Assembly (NCBI GenBank): GCA_965662175.1
Contig: CBFIGT010000065.1
Location: 1-12,709, forward strand
DNA: 12,709 bases
Direction of reading: 5' to 3'
Source of the DNA: Arcobacter sp.
GTDB taxonomy: Bacteria; Campylobacterota; Campylobacteria; Campylobacterales; Arcobacteraceae
Below are positions 1 through 5,842 of the stretch, piece after piece. The position numbers were made by a program, and so were the translations under genes. Numbering within the stretch: position 1 is the first letter of the stretch; every line of letters starts with the position of its first letter. The notes beneath the pieces were generated by a model that did no database searches, was not told the origin of the DNA, and saw nothing but the letters and a program-made list of their open reading frames with translations.

Positions 1-56
1 AGTTTTGGTGTTTCTTTGTATTTTTTATCCCATTTTATTTTGTCGTTTAGTGCCAT
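1..56 (-). CDS. N-terminus (partial, runs off window) of a probable class I SAM-dependent methyltransferase, TehB-like
   Basis: Reverse complement from ATG at 56 reads MALNDKIKWDKKYKETPK(L). The D-x-x-K-W-D-x-K-Y start resembles TehB-like methyltransferases. An extended -10 (TGCTATAAT, 90..82) and an AGAG SD-like site lie upstream. Only 18 full codons are visible. Confidence 0.55.
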   Translation of the reverse strand, partial: MALNDKIKWDKKYKETPK

Positions 57-81
57 TTTTTTCTCTTTAAATTTTTTTTTA

Positions 82-90
82 ATTATAGCA
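82..90 (-). promoter_or_regulatory. Extended -10 promoter element (TGnTATAAT) for the leftward gene
   Basis: Plus strand attatagca = TGCTATAAT on the minus strand, about 25 nt upstream of the ATG at 56. Confidence 0.6.
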
Positions 91-136
91 ATAATTTATT
101 ATTTTTTTAATATTATACTGTTTTAGGAGTTTTTAT

Positions 137-592
137 TTGAAAAAGTATTTAAAATTTTTCTTATTTATTTTATTATTTTCTAATATATCCTTTGCTTACA
201 CACTAATTGGAAAGAGTGATTATTTGGATTTACCAACACTAAACTTAAAAAATATAAAAGCAAAAATAGATACAGGGGCAAAAACCTCCTCTTTACATGC
301 AAAAAATATAGTTTTAAAAGATAAAAAAAATGTTGAGTTTGAACTATTTTTTAAAAAATATAAATTACCAATCTCAAGAGTTGCTATCATAAAAAGTTCA
401 AATGGAATAAGTCAAAAAAGATATGTAATAAAGACAAAAGTTTGGATATTTGACAAAATAGAAGAGATTGAGTTTACATTGACAAATAGAGAGAGTATGC
501 GTTTTCCTATATTATTAGGAAGAAACTTTTTAAAAAATAACTATTTAGTAGATATAAATAAAGAAAATTTATCTTTTAACTCAAAAAAATAG
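137..592 (+). CDS. Secreted retropepsin-like aspartic protease (RimK/LysX-associated 'ATP-dependent zinc protease' / RimB family)
   Basis: AKIDTGAKTSSLHA catalytic motif, KSSNG..Q.RYVI, TLTNRESMRFPILLGRNFL family motifs. N-terminal Sec signal peptide (MKKYLKFFLFILLFSNISFA). TTG start with AGGAG at 125-129. Confidence 0.85.
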   Translation: MKKYLKFFLFILLFSNISFAYTLIGKSDYLDLPTLNLKNIKAKIDTGAKTSSLHAKNIVLKDKKNVEFELFFKKYKLPISRVAIIKSSNGISQKRYVIKTKVWIFDKIEEIEFTLTNRESMRFPILLGRNFLKNNYLVDINKENLSFNSKK

Positions 593-601
593 TATTAAAA
601 A

Positions 602-610
602 GGCTATAAT
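602..610 (+). promoter_or_regulatory. -10 element (GGCTATAAT) of the Cache histidine kinase gene
   Basis: TATAAT at 605-610 in the 42-nt spacer, followed by an AAGGA SD before the ATG at 635. Confidence 0.55.
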
Positions 611-634
611 GTAGCTAATAAAAAAAGGAAAAAG

Positions 635-2842
635 ATGTTTGATAAAAACGAAAAGGGTTTGATTTTTATAATTAGATATGCACCTTTGATGTTAATTGTT
701 TTAATCTCTTTTCTTGTAACTGTTGCTATCGAACACTCTAATAATTTACAGTTTGAGGAAGAAAAAAATAGATTAACTAATTTTTATACTAGTTTTAATA
801 AACAAGAGCTTAAAGAGGAAATTTATAGAGCTTATAATTATATATTAAAAGAAGATGAAAATAGTAAAGAGAATTTAAAAATCTTTTTAAAAGAAAAAGT
901 TTATCAAGCCCACTCAATAGCTAGTAGAATTTATGAAGATAATAAAGATGTAAAATCAAAAGATGAGATATTAAAATTAATCAAATCTGCTTTAGGAAGT
1001 ATTATTTACAACAATGGTAGGGGATATTATTTTATAAATAATATTGAGGGAGTTAATATACTTCAACCACTTAATAGAAAAATAGAAGATACTAATATTT
1101 TAGAGTTAGAGGATGTTAATGGATATAAATTTATAAAAACTATTGTTCAATCTATAAAAGATAAAACTGAAAAGTTTGATACATACTATTGGTATAAAAA
1201 TGATAAAGATAAAACACCCTATGAAAAAATTAGTTTTTATAAGTTTTTTGAGCCTTTAAATATCTCTATTGGAACAGGTGAATATGTTGTTGATTTTGAA
1301 GAGGAGATTAAACATAAAGTAATAAACAATATACAAAATATTGAGCTAGATGATGGTGGATATATTTTTCTTTTTGATTTTAGTGGAACAATCCTTGCCC
1401 ATAAAAACAGAGATAATATTGGTAAAAACTTTATAAATATAGAAGATACTGATGGGAAAAAAATAGTTCAAGAGTTTATTAAAATTGCTAAAAATAAAGA
1501 GGGTTTTATCTCTTATTATAATACAACATTAAATGTTGATGCTTATAAAAAGACCTCTTTTATAAAAGGCTATGAAAAGTGGAATTGGCTTATAGGTTTT
1601 GGATATAGTGATGAAGAGTTATTAGAAATCATTTCTGATGTAAAAAAAGAGCTTATCAAAAAAAATAAAGAGAGTTATGACCAAATCATAATAATAAGTT
1701 TTTTTGTTACACTTTTTTTACTATTACTTTCACTTCTAATAAGTGTATATTTAGAGAATATATTTAAAAAATATAGAAGTAAAATCAAAGAAGAAGAGAA
1801 AAACTTTAGAAATCTTTTTGAATATAGTAATATTGGTTTAGCAATTGCTGATAAACAAGGAAAACTTTTAGAGATAAACAGTAAATTTACTGAAATATTA
1901 GCTTATAAAGAAGAGGAGTTAAAACAGAAATATATAGGAGAAATTTCAAAGGATTTAGTATATGATATTGAATCTAATTTCACAATAGAGACTGTATTTA
2001 TTAAATCAAATGGAGAGAATATAGATATTTTATTAACAGCAAATGTATTAAAAGTTGATAATTATATTAAAAATATTCTTTTTTCTATTATAGATATAAC
2101 TGAAATAAATGATAAAAATAGACTTTTAGCTCAACAATCAAAAATGGCTTCTATGGGTGAAATGCTTGCAAATATTGCTCACCAATGGAGACAACCTTTA
2201 AGCTCCATAAGTACTATTTCAAGTGGAATGAAACTAGAAAAAGAGTATGGAATTTTAGATAATGATAAACTAAATAATAATTTAGATTTAATTACAGAAT
2301 CCACAAAATATCTATCTGAAACAATAAATGACTTTATGAACTTTTTTAAGCCTCAAGAGAGTGTTAAGAAGTTTCATATTAAAAAACTTATTGAAAAGAG
2401 TTTACGATTAGTTTCAAATAATAATTTAGATATTAAATTTATAAAAGATATTGAAGATATTGAAATAGAGTCTTTTGAAAATGATTTAATTCAAATATTA
2501 ATAAATATAATTAATAATGCAGTTGATGCTCTAAAAGAGATAAAATCTGAAAAATATATTTTTATTAGTACATCTTTATCAAAAGATAATATGTTAGAGA
2601 TTACCATTAAAGATAATGGTGGTGGAATTGATGATTTACTTATTGATAAAATATTTGAGCCTTATTTTACAACAAAACACAAACAAAATGGTACAGGAAT
2701 AGGTTTATATATGGTTACTCAAATAATACAAAAACATGCAAAAGGCAATATAAGTGTTGAAAATATAAATTATGAATATAATGAAAATAGCTATAAAGGA
2801 GCATGTTTTAAAATTATATTACCTCTCGTAAATAAAGGTTAA
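635..2842 (+). CDS. Membrane sensor histidine kinase: TM - tandem Cache_2-type domains - TM - short PAS - HisKA - HATPase
   Basis: Two TM segments flank two Cache-like repeats (GRGYYFI...YYWYK...KISF; GGYIFLFD..G.ILAH...KTSFIK...WNWLIGFG). PAS-like FRNLFEYSNIGLAIAD; H-box ANIAHQWRQPL (H516); N-box NIINNAVDA; DNGGGI; FEPYFTTK; GTGIGLY. Confidence 0.93.
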   Translation: MFDKNEKGLIFIIRYAPLMLIVLISFLVTVAIEHSNNLQFEEEKNRLTNFYTSFNKQELKEEIYRAYNYILKEDENSKENLKIFLKEKVYQAHSIASRIYEDNKDVKSKDEILKLIKSALGSIIYNNGRGYYFINNIEGVNILQPLNRKIEDTNILELEDVNGYKFIKTIVQSIKDKTEKFDTYYWYKNDKDKTPYEKISFYKFFEPLNISIGTGEYVVDFEEEIKHKVINNIQNIELDDGGYIFLFDFSGTILAHKNRDNIGKNFINIEDTDGKKIVQEFIKIAKNKEGFISYYNTTLNVDAYKKTSFIKGYEKWNWLIGFGYSDEELLEIISDVKKELIKKNKESYDQIIIISFFVTLFLLLLSLLISVYLENIFKKYRSKIKEEEKNFRNLFEYSNIGLAIADKQGKLLEINSKFTEILAYKEEELKQKYIGEISKDLVYDIESNFTIETVFIKSNGENIDILLTANVLKVDNYIKNILFSIIDITEINDKNRLLAQQSKMASMGEMLANIAHQWRQPLSSISTISSGMKLEKEYGILDNDKLNNNLDLITESTKYLSETINDFMNFFKPQESVKKFHIKKLIEKSLRLVSNNNLDIKFIKDIEDIEIESFENDLIQILINIINNAVDALKEIKSEKYIFISTSLSKDNMLEITIKDNGGGIDDLLIDKIFEPYFTTKHKQNGTGIGLYMVTQIIQKHAKGNISVENINYEYNENSYKGACFKIILPLVNKG

Positions 2843-3504
2843 TTTTTTAGTAGTTTAAAATAAGCCTCCCTTGAAATCTCTTTTGCACCTAAACTTGCTA
2901 AGTGTTCATTATAAACTTGGCAATCAATAAGTTTAATTCCATTTTGTTTTGCTTGTTGACAAAGGTGATAAAAGGCAACTTTTGAAGCATCTTTTTCATA
3001 AGAAAACATACTCTCCCCACAAAAAACATCACCTATTAAAACTCCATATAAACCACCAACAAGCTTATCCTCTAAGTAACACTCAATAGAAAAAGCATAC
3101 TCCAAATAGTGTAAATTTATATAAGCTTGAACAAACTCATCACTAATCCAAGTACTATCTTCATGTTTTCTTTTTATATTTGCACATGATTTAATAACAT
3201 TTTCAAAGTTTTCATTTGATTTAATAACAAAGCCTTTGTTATTTATCACTCTTTTAAGACTCTTTGTTAATCTAAAATCATCAGGGTATAAAACCATTCT
3301 TTTTCTTGGACTATACCAATGTATATAGTTTAACTCATCTATAAACCAAGGAAACACTCCATTTTCATAGGCATTTATTAATCTTTGGGGATGAAAATCA
3401 CCACCTATGGCAACTAAATCATCATTCATCATCTCTTTGCTTGGAAAATCAAAGTTATTTTCATCTAAAAGGTATATTTTGAGGTTTTTATCTAATATTT
3501 TCAT
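2839..3504 (-). CDS. aat: Leucyl/phenylalanyl-tRNA--protein transferase
   Basis: LVAIGGDF..QRLINAYENGVFPWF, WYSP..RMVL, TWI, LVGGLYGV.IG.VFCGESMFS...DASKVA, LIDCQVYNEHLASLGA.EISR are hallmark Aat motifs. Confidence 0.96.
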   Translation of the reverse strand: MKILDKNLKIYLLDENNFDFPSKEMMNDDLVAIGGDFHPQRLINAYENGVFPWFIDELNYIHWYSPRKRMVLYPDDFRLTKSLKRVINNKGFVIKSNENFENVIKSCANIKRKHEDSTWISDEFVQAYINLHYLEYAFSIECYLEDKLVGGLYGVLIGDVFCGESMFSYEKDASKVAFYHLCQQAKQNGIKLIDCQVYNEHLASLGAKEISREAYFKLLKN

Positions 3505-3587
3505 ATTTTAAAATCATATCGATTTTTTGTTAAAGAAACTTAGAAAATTTGTAAAATTTGGCTACAATTCCATAAAAAAGGAAAATA

Positions 3588-3911
3588 GTGAAAAAAACTT
3601 TTAAAATACAAGTTGAAAATAAAAATCCAGATAGAGTTGTAGAATCAATTAAAAATGAAGTAAGAAAATATATAAAAAGAGAACAAAGAAAAGCTTTACC
3701 AAAAGATACAGATTTTTGGTTTTTTGATTGTAAATTTGGTAAAAACAAAGATGAAGCTTTAGAAATTCCTTTTTCTGCTATTACAAAATCAATAGATACA
3801 GCTGCTAGTGAAAATTATGAAGAGTTCTATTTAGAAATTATTGCACGAGCTGAAGTAAAAAAAGAAAAAGAGAGTGAAGAAGAGAGTGAAACTATTGAAG
3901 AGGAGATTTAA
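3588..3911 (+). CDS. DUF6172-like conserved hypothetical protein with acidic C-terminal tail
   Basis: MKKTF....ENKNPDRVVESIKNEVRKYIKRE.RKALP...DFWFFDCKFG...FYLEIIAR matches my recollection of DUF6172. GTG start, AAGGA SD and a TACAAT -10 at 3563-3568. Confidence 0.8.
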   Translation: MKKTFKIQVENKNPDRVVESIKNEVRKYIKREQRKALPKDTDFWFFDCKFGKNKDEALEIPFSAITKSIDTAASENYEEFYLEIIARAEVKKEKESEEESETIEEEI

Positions 3912-3924
3912 TCATCCTCTTTTT
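3897..3924 (+). terminator. Candidate intrinsic terminator spanning the abutting stop codons of two convergent genes
   Basis: AAGAGGA-GAT-[TTA loop]-ATC-(A bulge)-TCCTCTT followed by a T run to 3924. Confidence 0.45.
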
Positions 3925-4769
3925 AAAACTATTTCTCCTACATTTCTAGAAATAGTATTTGCTACTACATTACACTTTACTTTAAATAAAAAGAATATTT
4001 TTTTATCATTATAAGACTCTAAACACTCAAAATTTCCCATACCTTTTGATAAAATCAAAGGAGTTTTTTCAAATAACTCCATAAACTCAAGGGAAGCTCT
4101 ACTTTTTTCTAAGCCAGGGGTATCAACACCTGTACTAATAACTTCACAATATTTATCAATTCCGCTTTCTAAAGCCTCTTTTGTAGTAATATCATTTATT
4201 ATTGCTTTTCCTCTTGTTGCATAATAGATTTTTACTTCTGGATATAGATTATGTATAGTTTTGATTAAAATTTTATCAAAAACATTTTCACCTGCATTAT
4301 CCGCTAAAACAATAAGTGAATGGGTTTTTTCAAGCTCACTTTTAAAATCATCATAGTGATTTATAGCAAAATTAGTTTCAAAAATAGTGTTTATTTCTTT
4401 ATCTAAACAAAACTCTTTTGTTGTGGCAAAATCTATTACATTTCCAGCAACAGCTGTTTTTATAGCTGTAAAAAGCTTCTCTTTTGAGTTAAATATTTTT
4501 TCTTCCACAAAGGGCAAATAGCTTGTTGCTTTTTTTATGGATTCTTGTTTTAACTTTTCTAAGGGGTCTTTTAGTTTTGTTTTTAAAGCTAAAAACTCAT
4601 AAACATCTTTTGCCACATGGGGAGGTGTTTTTTCAAAATCAAAATTTAAGGCTTTTGCTTTAGTCTCTTCATTAATAGTAGATGCTAATTTATCATCTAA
4701 CTCAAGTAATTTAGTAGCTTTTTCAATTTGCCCAACAATACATTCAACGCACTCTTTTGTTATATTCAT
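3912..4769 (-). CDS. ARMT1/DUF89 family damage-control metal-dependent phosphatase
   Basis: N-terminal ECVEC, TPP, DP..K.K, AVAGNVIDF, LADNAGENVFD, AIINDIT, SKGMGNFECLE, FKVKCNVVA. TATAAT -10 on the minus strand at 4797..4792. Confidence 0.93.
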   Translation of the reverse strand: MNITKECVECIVGQIEKATKLLELDDKLASTINEETKAKALNFDFEKTPPHVAKDVYEFLALKTKLKDPLEKLKQESIKKATSYLPFVEEKIFNSKEKLFTAIKTAVAGNVIDFATTKEFCLDKEINTIFETNFAINHYDDFKSELEKTHSLIVLADNAGENVFDKILIKTIHNLYPEVKIYYATRGKAIINDITTKEALESGIDKYCEVISTGVDTPGLEKSRASLEFMELFEKTPLILSKGMGNFECLESYNDKKIFFLFKVKCNVVANTISRNVGEIVLKRG

Positions 4770-4810
4770 TAGAACTCTTTAACTTTTTGTAATTATATGT
4801 TATATTTCTT

Positions 4811-4834
4811 TAGATTTTATAAATATAAAATCTA
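4811..4834. promoter_or_regulatory. Inverted repeat with perfect 11-bp arms in a divergent promoter region (candidate operator)
   Basis: TAGATTTTATA-AA-TATAAAATCTA lies between the ARMT1 gene and the peroxidase-like gene. The repeat is seen directly; the operator role is inferred. Confidence 0.4.
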
Positions 4835-4882
4835 TTATAAGTTATTTTTCGTTATTATCTTTAATCGAAGTATAGGATTATT

Positions 4883-5842
4883 ATGAAGAAACTATTTTAT
4901 CTTTTTCTGTTATTTTTTATTACTCTAAATGCTCAAACTATAATAAATATTTTAAATGAACCCATTCAAGCTATCCAAAAAAAAACTATTGAAGATGAAA
5001 ATAAAGTAAATCTAGGAAAAAAACTTTTTTTTGATAAAAGATTATCAAGGGATAATACTATTTCATGTCTAAGTTGCCATAATGTGGATTTTGGTGGAGT
5101 TGATAATTTAGAAAAATCTTTTGGAGTTGAAAATCGTATTGGAAATATTAATACACCTACTGTGCTAAATAGTTCACTAAACTTTGTTCAATTTTGGGAT
5201 GGTAGAGCAAAGAGTTTAAAAGAGCAAATTGATTTTCCAATTCATGAGCCTGTTGAGATGGATACAAACTGGGATGACATAATAAATAAAATAAACAAAA
5301 TTCCCTCATATCAAAGACTTTTTGCTTTAGTTTATGATAATAATTTTACAAAAGAGAATATAAAAGATGCTATAGTTGCATATGAAGAGTCTTTAGTTAT
5401 GCCAAGTAGATTTGATAAGTTTTTATTGGGTGACCAAAATGCCATAAGTGATGAAGAGTTCAAAGGTTATGAACTTTTTAAAAGTTATGGTTGTATTTCA
5501 TGTCACCAAGGACAAAATGTAGGTGGAAATTTTTATGAAAAATTAGGTGTTTTTAAACCTTATCCACATATTGATGATAAAAACTATTATGGAAGATATA
5601 ATCAAACAGGCATAGAAGAGGATAAATTTGAGTTTAAAGTTCCAAGTTTAAGAAATATTGTTCTTACATACCCTTACTTACATGATGGTTCTATAAGTGA
5701 TTTAGATGAAGTTATAGTTATAATGGCTGAATATCAACTAGGTAGAGAGATTCCATATGCTGATGTAGAGAGTATAAAAGCTTTTCTTAAATCATTAACA
5801 TCAGAAGAAATAGAGATAAGATATGACAAAAAAGAGTTTTAG
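4883..5842 (+). CDS. Periplasmic di-heme cytochrome c peroxidase-like protein (bCCP/MauG superfamily)
   Basis: Signal peptide; LGKKLFFDKRLS; CLSCH (aa62-66); NTPTVLN; QFWDGRA; PVEM; CISCH (aa204-208); FKVPSLRNI; TYPYLHDGS; axial Met281 (IMAEYQLG). AGGA SD. Confidence 0.95.
   Translation: MKKLFYLFLLFFITLNAQTIINILNEPIQAIQKKTIEDENKVNLGKKLFFDKRLSRDNTISCLSCHNVDFGGVDNLEKSFGVENRIGNINTPTVLNSSLNFVQFWDGRAKSLKEQIDFPIHEPVEMDTNWDDIINKINKIPSYQRLFALVYDNNFTKENIKDAIVAYEESLVMPSRFDKFLLGDQNAISDEEFKGYELFKSYGCISCHQGQNVGGNFYEKLGVFKPYPHIDDKNYYGRYNQTGIEEDKFEFKVPSLRNIVLTYPYLHDGSISDLDEVIVIMAEYQLGREIPYADVESIKAFLKSLTSEEIEIRYDKKEF

Noticed and set aside
57..136. Poly-T tracts as possible phase-variation sites
   Set aside because: A/T runs are ubiquitous at this composition; no poly-G/C tract or frameshifted gene was seen in the window.
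603..615. Tiny inverted repeat GCTA-N5-TAGC over the kinase -10
   Set aside because: 4-bp arms are expected by chance.
3530..3748. 72-aa minus-strand ORF
   Set aside because: Antisense shadow of the DUF6172-like gene; hydrophobicity reflects the complement of A-rich codons; no recognisable motif.
3869..3890. Short direct repeat AGAGAGTGAA x2 (12-nt period)
   Set aside because: Explained by the low-complexity ESEEESE acidic tail; only two copies.
4883..5842. Assignment as MauG, MbnH or classical ccpA
   Set aside because: No mau or mbn genes nearby, the second heme has a Met ligand, and the classical distal His is missing, so no gene symbol was given.
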